The notes under the pieces: model-generated
Databases searched by the model: none
Seen by the model: the letters and a program-made list of their open reading frames with translations, nothing else
Told to the model about the DNA's origin: nothing
Made by a program: the position numbers and the translations under genes
In this document: one piece after another, positions 8,559 through 17,824 of the stretch
Position numbering within the stretch: position 1 is the first letter of the stretch
Layout of the letters: the number at the start of each line of letters is the position of its first letter
Virus record (IMG/VR): IMGVR_UViG_3300044984_000894
Length of the DNA: 35,813 nt
Source of the DNA: a virus
Direction: 5' to 3' (one strand)

Positions 8559-9169
8559 TGTTTGGGCTAACCGCTTTTGCGCAATCTTCATTTTCTGATT
8601 TTGAGCATAATACAACATCGTATGGAAATTATTTATACGCAGGATTAGACGCTAATATTCTTAATAATAGAAGCATAACTGCATTAAATGGCGTTTATAA
8701 CTATACAGGCAATAATGCAAGTTTACTTGTTAATAGAAACTTAACAGCAGCCAGCGCAGTAAATAGGACGATTGCTTTTTCAGAATTACCTTTTGCTGGA
8801 CTTGATTTAGTAACACAAAATAAATCCTATACATACATAGGATTAACATCAGATTTGCTTGTTAATAGAAATCTAATTGCACTTAATGGTGTTTATACTT
8901 ATACAGGTAATAACGCTGTATTTTCTCAAACATTAACTGCATTAAATGGTGTTTATAGTTGCACAGGCAATAATGCAAGTTTACTTAAAACTTATAAAGT
9001 ATATGCCATTAACGGTGAATATGGTTATGTAGGCTTTACATCAAGAAGAAAGATATTTATTGGTAACTGGGAAATGGGAGAGGATTTTGTTGATGTATGG
9101 ACTTGTCAGGACGATAATACTTCATCAGTATGGACAAAACAAACACCACCAACTGCAACTTGGAATTAA
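8558..9169 (+). CDS. Virion protein with four tandem 20-22-aa repeats (ALNGVY-Y-TGNNA)
   Basis: Repeat units start near 8681, 8879, 8939 and 9005 and are visible at DNA level (gcattaaatggcgtttata..., gcacttaatggtgtttata..., gcattaaatggtgtttata...). Confidence 0.6.
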   Translation: MFGLTAFAQSSFSDFEHNTTSYGNYLYAGLDANILNNRSITALNGVYNYTGNNASLLVNRNLTAASAVNRTIAFSELPFAGLDLVTQNKSYTYIGLTSDLLVNRNLIALNGVYTYTGNNAVFSQTLTALNGVYSCTGNNASLLKTYKVYAINGEYGYVGFTSRRKIFIGNWEMGEDFVDVWTCQDDNTSSVWTKQTPPTATWN

Positions 9170-9172
9170 AAA

Positions 9173-9793
9173 ATGAATTATGCAGAAATTGTAAGTTTAA
9201 CGCTTGGTTATGCTGATAGGCAAGATACAGAGGTAACATCTCGCATTGATCTATTTATGCGTGTTACTGAGGCTCGCATTAATAGGCTTCTTATGACGCT
9301 TGATATGTCATGCAGAGCTACAACACCAATGAGCAGCACAACTGAATATTATTCATTGCCAATCAACTATTCTGTTATGCGATCTATTAAGGTTATTGAT
9401 AATAATAACTCAAAAAGTAGAGTAACTTTGTTGCAAGTCAATCCAGAACAGATGGCGAACATTATTAACAATGGTGAAACACAATTTCCATGCTATACCG
9501 TTATTTCTGGAGATATTCAAGTACAACCTTTTTATGATAATACTCATTCACTAGAGATTAATTACTTTCAAACATTGCCACCATTATCAACTAGCATAAC
9601 AACCAACTGGCTTTCTGACTCCAATCCAGATGCTTATATTTTTGGATTATTAGTTGAGATTAATAGCTTCATAAAAGATGCAAACTCAGCCACTATGTGG
9701 GACGCTAGATTTAATCAAGCATTAAGTGAAATAACAAACAATGATTCCAAGTCTACTTGGTCAGGCACTTCTTTAACTACTTTCCCAGGGTAA
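9173..9793 (+). CDS. Virion structural protein, 206 aa (possible head-tail adaptor)
   Basis: ORF in the tail module. N-terminus YADRQDTEVTSRIDLFMRVTEARINRLL is helical and adaptor-like. Assignment is positional only. Confidence 0.5.
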   Translation: MNYAEIVSLTLGYADRQDTEVTSRIDLFMRVTEARINRLLMTLDMSCRATTPMSSTTEYYSLPINYSVMRSIKVIDNNNSKSRVTLLQVNPEQMANIINNGETQFPCYTVISGDIQVQPFYDNTHSLEINYFQTLPPLSTSITTNWLSDSNPDAYIFGLLVEINSFIKDANSATMWDARFNQALSEITNNDSKSTWSGTSLTTFPG

Positions 9794-9798
9794 TTATT

Positions 9799-10446
9799 AT
9801 GGGTTTAGAAACAGGCAGTACAATATCAAGTCTTATTACATCAAATCCTACTAGCTCTGATCCTGTAAACCAAGGTGATGACCATTTAAGATTGATTAAA
9901 TCTATATTAAAAGCACAATTTCCTGGTGCTGCTGGATCAGGTTTTGCTATACCGATTACAGCAACTGAGGCAGAGATAAATGCCTTACATGGGTTTACCA
10001 ATATAGGCTTTGCATCTGGTACAAGGATACCATTTGCACAAGCCGCAGCTCCTACAGGGTGGACTCAGGATATTACTGATAATGCTAATAACCGTATGCT
10101 TAGAGTTTCAAACGGCACAGGAGGTGGTGTTGGTGGTACTGATAACCCTACATTTAATAGTACAGTACCATCACATACCCATACATTTACTGGCTCTGTG
10201 ATGGCAACGCATAGTCATGCAGATTTGGGTCATAGTCATAAAGTGAATGCTCTGACTACTGGTGGTGGTGGATATTGGGCGCCAGGTGGGTCTGGACAAA
10301 ACAATCTAGCTGCAGGAACTACAACTGGATATGCAAATATACAGGCAGCATCAGCAGGCACACCATCTGGAACAATTTCAACCAATGCTAGCTCTGCTAA
10401 TTGGGCGCCTCGTTATATTGATATGATTATTTGTTCTAAAAATTAA
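9799..10446 (+). CDS. Tail fibre protein with tail-collar-like C-terminus and three HxH motifs
   Basis: Starts MGLETGSTISSLITSNPTSSDPVNQGDDHLRLIKSILKAQFP (typical fibre N-terminus). Contains PSHTHTFTGSVMATHSHADLGHSHKV. Ends NWAPRYIDMIIC as collar domains do. The track start 9757 lies inside the previous gene. Confidence 0.7.
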   Translation: MGLETGSTISSLITSNPTSSDPVNQGDDHLRLIKSILKAQFPGAAGSGFAIPITATEAEINALHGFTNIGFASGTRIPFAQAAAPTGWTQDITDNANNRMLRVSNGTGGGVGGTDNPTFNSTVPSHTHTFTGSVMATHSHADLGHSHKVNALTTGGGGYWAPGGSGQNNLAAGTTTGYANIQAASAGTPSGTISTNASSANWAPRYIDMIICSKN

Positions 10447-10739
10447 TGGAAATTAAAACAGTATTAACATGCCCATTAGGTGCAAAGTGTGAAGAGATAA
10501 AAGACAATGCAATCCATCGTTGTGCATGGTACACAAAGTTAGCTGGAACTAATCCTAATACAGGCGAAACTGTTGATGAACACGGTTGTGCTATGAGTTG
10601 GTTACCAATGTTAATGATAGAAAACTCTATGCAACAACGCTCTACTAGTGCCGCCGTTGAGTCTTTTAGAAACGAAATGACTTCTGCTAACCAAACAAGC
10701 CAGCAATTATTATTAGCTACTCAAGGTAAACTGTTATGA
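10446..10739 (+). CDS. Hypothetical Cys-containing tail-module protein, 97 aa
   Basis: TAATG junction at both ends of the neighbouring genes. Four Cys residues (CPLGAKC...C...C). Confidence 0.55.
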   Translation: MEIKTVLTCPLGAKCEEIKDNAIHRCAWYTKLAGTNPNTGETVDEHGCAMSWLPMLMIENSMQQRSTSAAVESFRNEMTSANQTSQQLLLATQGKLL

Positions 10740-12298
10740 CATTATTAAAAATTAATAATTTGGGTATGCAAAATGTTAATTTTGATTTAGAACCTTGTGA
10801 CTTACCACCAGAAGTATTTACCTATGGCACAAACTTTAGGTTATTAAATAATAAAATCGTTGGCTTTAACATGTCTAAGACACTAGCCACTCCACCATCT
10901 AACTTTAAAGCAGGTGTAATTCAGCCAATATTGGGTGCTAGTGGTAGTTTTTATGTGCTAATAGGGCAATCATCAGCATGGGCATATAGCGGATCCTCAT
11001 GGACAAATATTACATCTGCTACAGGTTATCCAGGCATTAGTACAAACGGTGAATTATTTTGGCATAGTTGTTTGCTTGGAAGCATACCAATATTTAATAA
11101 CAAACAACATTATCCAGAATATTGGTCGCCACAACAAACTGCACAGATACTTCAACCACTTAACTTTAAAGTTGGTAGCACTTGGCAAGCAATGGGCTAT
11201 AGTGCTGATATTATACGTTCTCATAAAGACTTCTTGTTTGCCTTAAACCTTTCAGAAACTGGAACTATTTTGCCATCAACTTACCGATGGAGTCATCCTG
11301 CTGATGTAAATGGCTTGCCGTACACTTGGGACGAAACAGACTTAGCATCTATAGCTGGAAAGGCATCTATTGGTGGCGATATGGGCGCATTGATTGATGG
11401 AAAGACCTTGCGTGATGCTTTTGTTCTTTATTCAGAGCGAGGCATCAATATATTAAATTATGTTGGCGGTGAATTTGTATGGCAACGGCAGGTATTGTCT
11501 GCAAATCATGGGTTATTAGCTAAGAACTGCCTAGCAGAAGCAAATGGCGTTCATTATTTCTTATCTGATGGCGATATTTTATCGAATGACGGTAACTCTA
11601 TACGGTCTATATTAAATAAACAGTTAAAAATACGCCTAACCACTAATATAGATTCTACTTATTATGCCAACTCGTTTGCCTTAACCAATCCGATTACTAA
11701 AGAGATTTGGTTTTGTGTTCCAGAGGTAGGCAATACATTGCCTAACATTGCCTTCATATTTAATTATGTTGACGGCACTACATCAATTCGCAACATACCA
11801 AACACTACAACAGGTTTAGCATTTGGTGTGAGTCTTGCTGTGCCTTTATTGTGGAGCAATATATCTGACACTTGGGACACATCATCAAGAGTTTGGACGT
11901 ACGATCAAACATCAGTATTCTCTAAAACGATTGTAAGTACAAATAACGTCAATAGCGCAATAGTTTCACTAGAGCTAGACGATAACACTACTGTTCAAAA
12001 TACGTTGCTAGAAAGGCTTAGTTTTGCCTTAGAAGGGCAGGAAGTGGTAACAACAACACAAAGTGTATACCCACACTTAACATCCAACGAATCAGTTAGT
12101 ATTCAACTTGGATCACAAGATTTTGTAGGTGGCGCAGTAAGATGGAAGCCAGAAGTGTTATTTGATCCTAAAACAATGCGTAAAGTAGATATTAGAACGA
12201 CTGGAAAGCTACTGTCATGGCGCATTAAGTCAACTGGTTTATTACCATTTACTTTAAGTGGTTTGGATATAGAATATGTAACTAATGGGGTGAGATAA
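10736..12298 (+). CDS. Large tail structural protein, 520 aa (nozzle/tubular-type, positional call)
   Basis: Largest tail-module ORF. ATGA overlap upstream and TAATG overlap downstream. Beta-rich composition. Confidence 0.6.
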   Translation: MTLLKINNLGMQNVNFDLEPCDLPPEVFTYGTNFRLLNNKIVGFNMSKTLATPPSNFKAGVIQPILGASGSFYVLIGQSSAWAYSGSSWTNITSATGYPGISTNGELFWHSCLLGSIPIFNNKQHYPEYWSPQQTAQILQPLNFKVGSTWQAMGYSADIIRSHKDFLFALNLSETGTILPSTYRWSHPADVNGLPYTWDETDLASIAGKASIGGDMGALIDGKTLRDAFVLYSERGINILNYVGGEFVWQRQVLSANHGLLAKNCLAEANGVHYFLSDGDILSNDGNSIRSILNKQLKIRLTTNIDSTYYANSFALTNPITKEIWFCVPEVGNTLPNIAFIFNYVDGTTSIRNIPNTTTGLAFGVSLAVPLLWSNISDTWDTSSRVWTYDQTSVFSKTIVSTNNVNSAIVSLELDDNTTVQNTLLERLSFALEGQEVVTTTQSVYPHLTSNESVSIQLGSQDFVGGAVRWKPEVLFDPKTMRKVDIRTTGKLLSWRIKSTGLLPFTLSGLDIEYVTNGVR

Positions 12299-12999
12299 TG
12301 GAACAACCTCCTTTTACAACATCACCAGAACTTAAAGAGTATTTAGTAAGACAACTTACTGCTGTTAATTATAAGGCTGATGATCTAGGTAATCTATCAG
12401 CATTAACTGCATTGCCAGCGAAACCGCACATAGGGAAGATTTATTATTTTTCCAATGCGATACTGCCATACATTACTTATGAAGGCGCATGGGTATATAC
12501 TTCATATGGCTGGACATCGTTATCATCAATGTCATCTGCTCCTTATGGTGCATTTGCAGATACTTTAACGCATACGGTAACAGCCAACACAGCTAATGCT
12601 ATGACATTTAATACTACTGATTATAGTAGCAATGTCAGTATGGTTAGTGGATCAAGGATAACAGTTGCATATAGTGGCTTATATAATTTGCAATTTAGTA
12701 CGCAGTTTCAAAATATAGATAATTCATTACAGGACGTTAGTATTTGGTTGCGTATAAATGGCACAGATGTTGTGGGTTCTGCAGGATATATTTCTGTACC
12801 CAATAGTCATGGTGGTATAGCAGGACATAGCATTAATGGCTGGAACTTCTTTGTTAGATTAACTGCAAGTCAATATGTTGAAATCTGGTGGTCTACAACA
12901 AGTGCAAATGTAACTATACAAGCATATACAGCAGGAACTTCACCAACTAAACCATCAACTGCATCTAATGTAGTAACAATGACTTATGTAGCACAATGA
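12298..12999 (+). CDS. Tail fibre/receptor-binding protein with C1q/TNF-like jelly-roll C-terminus (tentative)
   Basis: ITVAYSGLYNLQFSTQFQN...VSIWLRINGTDVVGSAGY...NFFVRLTASQYVEIWW resembles the C1q-type pattern (G-x-Y-x-F-x-F ... V-x-L-x-x-N-G). Confidence 0.5.
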   Translation: MEQPPFTTSPELKEYLVRQLTAVNYKADDLGNLSALTALPAKPHIGKIYYFSNAILPYITYEGAWVYTSYGWTSLSSMSSAPYGAFADTLTHTVTANTANAMTFNTTDYSSNVSMVSGSRITVAYSGLYNLQFSTQFQNIDNSLQDVSIWLRINGTDVVGSAGYISVPNSHGGIAGHSINGWNFFVRLTASQYVEIWWSTTSANVTIQAYTAGTSPTKPSTASNVVTMTYVAQ

Positions 13000-13427
13000 A
13001 TAATTATAATATAGTAGCATTACCACCAACATTAGTAGAAGTATTGTGGGAAAAGATTGTTCCACATCTTAAAAAAGCTATTGAAATATCAAATGGTGAG
13101 CTTACTGAGGAAGGAATAAAAAGAGTCCTATTGTCAGGAAACAATATGGCACTCCTTATTTGTCGTAATGAACACATTGTTGCAGTGCATACTTTAGAAG
13201 TAAGAGAACTTTCAGAAGGATTGCGTGTCCTCCATATTAACGCTATTGGTGGTGAAGAAATGGGCGCATGGTTTGAACAATATGTGCTTGTAATGAGAGC
13301 TATAGCAAAAGACTTAAACTGTACAGAAGTCAGAGGTTGTGCAGTTAGAAATGGTTGGTTAAGGTATCTTAAAGGCTTAGGATTTGAAAAAATATCATCA
13401 ACAGTTAGATTAAAACTAGGGGAATAA
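12996..13427 (+). CDS. GNAT-fold acetyltransferase-like protein (tentative)
   Basis: LHINAIGGEEMGAWFEQYVLVMRAIAKDLNCTEVRGCAVRNGWLRYLKGLGFEKI matches the motif A/B layout of GNATs. Confidence 0.45.
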   Translation: MNNYNIVALPPTLVEVLWEKIVPHLKKAIEISNGELTEEGIKRVLLSGNNMALLICRNEHIVAVHTLEVRELSEGLRVLHINAIGGEEMGAWFEQYVLVMRAIAKDLNCTEVRGCAVRNGWLRYLKGLGFEKISSTVRLKLGE

Positions 13428-13428
13428 C

Positions 13429-13590
13429 ATGTCTGGAAAAATATATAAAAACTCATTTAAACTAAATGAAGCATGGGGAGATGGTCGTAGAGCTGCTCAA
13501 ACAGGTTTGCTTATTGGTACTAACCCATTTTCTGCTGGAGTTCCTGCTTACCAAGCATGGATAGACGGCTTCAACAACACTTTCGCATAA
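13429..13590 (+). CDS. Rmf/CrpP-like small protein, 53 aa
   Basis: Not in the track. RBS AGGGGA lies 6 nt upstream. EAWGDGRRAAQTGLLIGTNPFSAGVPAYQAWIDGF follows the A-x3-G-x2-A-x3-G-x5-(N/C)P(F/Y)-x9-W-x2-G(F/W) pattern of ribosome modulation factor. Confidence 0.45.
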   Translation: MSGKIYKNSFKLNEAWGDGRRAAQTGLLIGTNPFSAGVPAYQAWIDGFNNTFA

Positions 13591-13600
13591 GGAGAAGGTC

Positions 13601-14443
13601 ATGTCAGGTGGTGGAAGCTATAATCAAAGCAACGCAAACAACCAAAGTCAGTTTGCTCAGAAAATACCAAAGTGGCAATCTGATGCGCTTACTCAAATGT
13701 ACAATGCAGCAGCAGGTACTTATGGTAATGTTGGAAATACCATTAATCAACAAATGGGTGGAGCGCAAGATTACATTAACCAAACTAACCAAGCTGCAAT
13801 GCCAGAATGGCAAAACCAGTTAGGTGGTGGTGTATATCAAGGCATGGATAATGCTAATAAACTTTCTGAGTCATTACAACAATCGTTAAATGCTCCAACT
13901 AATACACAAAGCATTTATTCTCAGATGATGGGTGGACAGGGTAATACCTATGCTGATGCAATGAAAGCTGGTTATACTGCTGATGCTAATAGAGCAACTG
14001 CTAATATGCTATCTAATCTTGATGCAAGGGCAACAGCTTCAGGAATGTCTGGCGGTTCAAGACATGGCACTGCTACTTCTCAAGGAATGTATGATATTAA
14101 CAGCAACCTGCAAAAGAATTTAGCAGATGTTGGTTACAATACTTTTGACAAAGACTTACAAAATAAACTTAACATTGCACAACAAGCAGATCAAGGAACA
14201 CTTGCTAGACAACAGTTAATGTCAAACATGTTGGGTCAGCAACAAGGCGTTTCTACTGGTGCTTTAGGTATGGGTCAGAATATGCAAAATCTTGGTATGG
14301 GTTCTTTTGCTCCTGGCATGATGCCTTGGCAAAACATTAGTAACTATGCAAATGCTTTAGGATCACCAACAGTTCTTAATTCAGGTAGCAGTTCTGGAAA
14401 CAGCAATGCTATGGGCATGAGTGGCGGTGGTGGTGCTAAGTAA
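13601..14443 (+). CDS. Low-complexity Q/N/G/M-rich virion internal protein (putative ejection protein)
   Basis: RBS GGAGAAGG. 280 aa with recurrent GG, QQ, NM and MGG motifs. Position after the tail genes. Confidence 0.55.
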   Translation: MSGGGSYNQSNANNQSQFAQKIPKWQSDALTQMYNAAAGTYGNVGNTINQQMGGAQDYINQTNQAAMPEWQNQLGGGVYQGMDNANKLSESLQQSLNAPTNTQSIYSQMMGGQGNTYADAMKAGYTADANRATANMLSNLDARATASGMSGGSRHGTATSQGMYDINSNLQKNLADVGYNTFDKDLQNKLNIAQQADQGTLARQQLMSNMLGQQQGVSTGALGMGQNMQNLGMGSFAPGMMPWQNISNYANALGSPTVLNSGSSSGNSNAMGMSGGGGAK

Positions 14444-14937
14444 TGGGTAGTTTATTGGAGTTATTAAGTGGCGGTGGCAGTCTTGTTGATTTACTAAGAA
14501 AGAATCCTATGGGAGGCTCTGGCAATGCCATGTCTGGACAGGTTGCAGGTGCTGTATTGCCACAAAGTTCATTAAATCAAGCATTAACAGGATCACCAAC
14601 AGCCACTAATCCTATGATGTCACCAACAATAGGATCAACAGCAACCATTCCTGCACAAAAACAAAGTAATCGTAGTTGGGAGAAATGGGCGCAACCACAA
14701 GATGTTTCTGCTGGATTAGTTGCAGGACAAGCCAACGACCCAATGTATAATCAAATGATGCAACAGGTTATGCAACAACAACAGCCTCAACAACAAAGAC
14801 AACCAATGACTTCTGTTGGTGTAGCGCAGCTTCCACAGACAGGTATTCCACAAGCTACTATGCCTCAAATGCCTGGTGCTATTCATCCAAACGAAGATAT
14901 GATGTCATTATTTAGAAGATTAATGGGAGGTGCGTAG
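14443..14937 (+). CDS. Q/P/M-rich virion internal protein
   Basis: TAATG junction. Contains MMQQVMQQQQPQQQRQP. Confidence 0.55.
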   Translation: MGSLLELLSGGGSLVDLLRKNPMGGSGNAMSGQVAGAVLPQSSLNQALTGSPTATNPMMSPTIGSTATIPAQKQSNRSWEKWAQPQDVSAGLVAGQANDPMYNQMMQQVMQQQQPQQQRQPMTSVGVAQLPQTGIPQATMPQMPGAIHPNEDMMSLFRRLMGGA

Positions 14938-16097
14938 TGGCATTTAATATTGTTGATATGTTAAGAGGTGATATTGTCCAGCGACAACAACCTCAACAAA
15001 ATTCAAGCTCAGGTCTTGGTGAGATGCTTTCATACTTAATGCAAAGCACTAACCAACCTGTTGCAAAAGTTCCTGAACAAGCTCAATACTGGAATCCTCC
15101 TAGTTTAAGTGAGATTGCTCAAGTTTCTGCTAATAGACGACAAGAAAAGCAACAGGAAGATTCATTTGCAAAGTTGCGTGAATTGATTGGTACTAAAGGA
15201 ACACCAGGTAATAATATTCCAATACCATTTAGGGGTGCAGTAATGCCAACTAAAGGAACAGGATTGCGTGGTGGTGGAAGTTTAGAAGATTTTGCTATTG
15301 GCCTTGCTGGTCTTCCTGATAAGGCTTTAGCATCTCAAGGTTTTGATATGATGACTAACTTGTCAAAACCAACTCCTCAACCTGCTCTTCATTCTATGGG
15401 TGTTCCTAATAAGCCTGGTTGGAAAGTTAATTTCTATCTTGATGCTAATAACCAACCTGTACCAGTTGGAGACCCATACAAAGCAGATGGAGGAATTAAT
15501 ATTAATACTGGTGCTGGGGCTATGGGTAATATATTGACTAGAGAGCAAAAAATACAAGCTGGAATACCTCCTGAAGATGTTGCACAATTTAGCCAATCTG
15601 GCGGAATAAGCATTATAAAATCTGCTGCCACTCCTACTGATACACAAAGAAAAATTGGTTCAGGGTTAATGCAAGAGCAAGCACTAGAAGGTCAAATAAA
15701 AAACTTAACAAAGAAATATGACCCAACCGAAATAACATTAGATAATACTATATTATCAAATGTTTCTGAAATGCAAGGAGCTGTTGGATCAATGCTTGGT
15801 GCTTATGCAAAACAAAATATGTCACCAGATGCTCAAGATTATTTAAGACTGATGGATACATGGATAGAAAATTATGGTCGTAATGTATCAGGTGGAGCAA
15901 TTACTAAAGAAGAGTATCCAACATGGAGAAGACAATACTTTGCTCAACCTGGAGAAAGCAAAGAACAGATAGCAAAAAAAGAACAATCAAGAAAAGAATA
16001 TATGCAAGGTCTTAAAATGCAATCTGGGAAAACTGTTCCATCATCAACAGAAGGTGGTTTAAAATCTGCTGAACAATATTTACAGGATAACCCATAA
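14937..16097 (+). CDS. Putative internal virion/ejection protein, 386 aa (GTG start)
   Basis: GTG at 14937 overlaps the previous TAG. GGGAGG lies 6 nt upstream. Confidence 0.55.
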   Translation: MAFNIVDMLRGDIVQRQQPQQNSSSGLGEMLSYLMQSTNQPVAKVPEQAQYWNPPSLSEIAQVSANRRQEKQQEDSFAKLRELIGTKGTPGNNIPIPFRGAVMPTKGTGLRGGGSLEDFAIGLAGLPDKALASQGFDMMTNLSKPTPQPALHSMGVPNKPGWKVNFYLDANNQPVPVGDPYKADGGININTGAGAMGNILTREQKIQAGIPPEDVAQFSQSGGISIIKSAATPTDTQRKIGSGLMQEQALEGQIKNLTKKYDPTEITLDNTILSNVSEMQGAVGSMLGAYAKQNMSPDAQDYLRLMDTWIENYGRNVSGGAITKEEYPTWRRQYFAQPGESKEQIAKKEQSRKEYMQGLKMQSGKTVPSSTEGGLKSAEQYLQDNP

Positions 16098-17824
16098 TGA
16101 GTTCTTATAGTGATTTACAAAAAGCATTTTATATAGCACAACAAAAAGGTGACACTGAACATGCCACAAAGTTTGCAAAAGAATTAGCAGCACAAGGAAC
16201 TGATTATAGTGGAAAGCAAGTTGAAGAAGCTAATCTACAGGCTGGTGATACATTAGATGGCAATGTTTGGAATGGTAAAGGATGGGTATATCCTGAAAAG
16301 TATGATCTACCATTAAAAACTGTTGCTAACACACAAACTGTACAAGAAAACAAACCACAGTCATGGTTAAAAGTAGCAACAAGAGGTGTAGCAAATCTTC
16401 CATCATCTATTGCTGGCGTAGCTGGTGACGTTGTGTCTAGCGTTTTACATCCTGTTGATACAGCACAAGGTGTTTTAGATTTAGGCAATGCTGCGCTTCA
16501 GAAAGTGCTTCCTGATGCTATTGTTCAAATGATGCCAGAAAGCACACGCAATAATCCTGCAAAATTAAACGCTGTTGTAGACTTTTATAAATCACGATAT
16601 ACCAATCCTGAAAACTTTAAGGAAGCACTAGCAACTGATCCAGCCAGCGTATTAGCTGATTTTTCAACAGTTCTTACAGGTGGAGGTTCTTTAGCTTCAA
16701 AGATTCCAGCGTTAACTAAGGTTGGTAATGTTGTAGCAGGTGCAGGACGTATTGTTGATCCACTATCAATAGCAGTTAATGCAGCTCCTTCATTTGGTAA
16801 AGGTCTTGCAAATGTAATTGGTGGAGCTGGAACGCATACAGGCGGAGAAAGTTTAAAAACAGCAGCTAGAGCAGGAACTGAAGGTGGAAAGATGGCTGAA
16901 ACATTCTTGGGAAACATGCGTGGAAATGTTCCTATGAAGGATGTTTTGGATATGGCAAAACAAAATGTTGATGATATGGCTGCTACAAAAGCACAAGCAT
17001 ATCAACAAGGAATAGCCGGTATATCTAATGATAAATCAATATTAGATTTTAATAAGATAGACAATACTTTAGCAAATACATATGACAAGATAACATTCAA
17101 AGGAAAACCAAAGAATGATGTTGCATTTACTGCTTTTAGTAAAATAGCTGATGAAATTAATAACTGGAAAAATTTAGATCCTGCTGAATATCATACTCCA
17201 ATAGGTCTTGATTCGCTTAAGCAAAGAATAGGTGGAATACAAGAGTCTATTCCATACGAAGAAAAGACTGCAAGAATGGTAGCTAAAAATCTTTATGATT
17301 CAGTAAAGAATGAAATATCTAATCAAGCACCAACCTATTCAAAAGTGATGAAGGATTATTCACAGGCATCTGATTTAATCAATGAAATAGAACGTACATT
17401 CTCATTAAAACAGTCTGGCAATCCAGATACAGCGATGCGTAAACTACAGTCTTTAATGCGTAATAATGTTAATACAAATTATGGAAATAGACTTGATCTG
17501 TTTAAAACTTTAGAAGATCAAGGACGTAATCAATTAACTTCAGCAATAGCTGGTCAAGCACTTAACTCATGGACTCCAAGAGGTCTTGCAAATGCTGGGT
17601 TGACAGGCATAGGAAGTTATGCGGTTGGTGGCGCACCATTGGCTGTACCTATGCTTATGGCACAATCACCAAGATTAATGGGGTTATCTGCTTATGGTGT
17701 TGGTTTATTATCAAAACCTGTAACAAAAACATCTAAAAAGTTAAAAGGTATGTTTGATTACCTGAATGTTGATCCAACACTTACTGGAAACTTATTGTAT
17801 CAGTCTAGGGAGAATCGCCAATGA
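16097..17824 (+). CDS. Putative internal virion/ejection protein, 575 aa, with glycine-zipper hydrophobic segments
   Basis: TAATG junction. Segments such as VLTGGGSLASKIPAL, VIGGAGTHTGG and GIGSYAVGGAPLAVPMLMA suggest membrane interaction. Confidence 0.55.
   Translation: MSSYSDLQKAFYIAQQKGDTEHATKFAKELAAQGTDYSGKQVEEANLQAGDTLDGNVWNGKGWVYPEKYDLPLKTVANTQTVQENKPQSWLKVATRGVANLPSSIAGVAGDVVSSVLHPVDTAQGVLDLGNAALQKVLPDAIVQMMPESTRNNPAKLNAVVDFYKSRYTNPENFKEALATDPASVLADFSTVLTGGGSLASKIPALTKVGNVVAGAGRIVDPLSIAVNAAPSFGKGLANVIGGAGTHTGGESLKTAARAGTEGGKMAETFLGNMRGNVPMKDVLDMAKQNVDDMAATKAQAYQQGIAGISNDKSILDFNKIDNTLANTYDKITFKGKPKNDVAFTAFSKIADEINNWKNLDPAEYHTPIGLDSLKQRIGGIQESIPYEEKTARMVAKNLYDSVKNEISNQAPTYSKVMKDYSQASDLINEIERTFSLKQSGNPDTAMRKLQSLMRNNVNTNYGNRLDLFKTLEDQGRNQLTSAIAGQALNSWTPRGLANAGLTGIGSYAVGGAPLAVPMLMAQSPRLMGLSAYGVGLLSKPVTKTSKKLKGMFDYLNVDPTLTGNLLYQSRENRQ

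Noticed and set aside
6036-12999. I looked for a diversity-generating retroelement (template/variable repeat pair plus reverse transcriptase) near the fibre genes, as in BPP-1-type podoviruses.
   Set aside because: The complete genome has no reverse-transcriptase-like ORF. I saw no roughly 100-bp near-identical repeat pair with adenine-specific differences.
13557-13823. 88-aa plus-strand ORF overlapping the Rmf-like ORF and the start of the Q/N-rich protein.
   Set aside because: It is in an alternative frame with no RBS. The two flanking ORFs have strong SDs (AGGGGA, GGAGAAGG) and abut cleanly.
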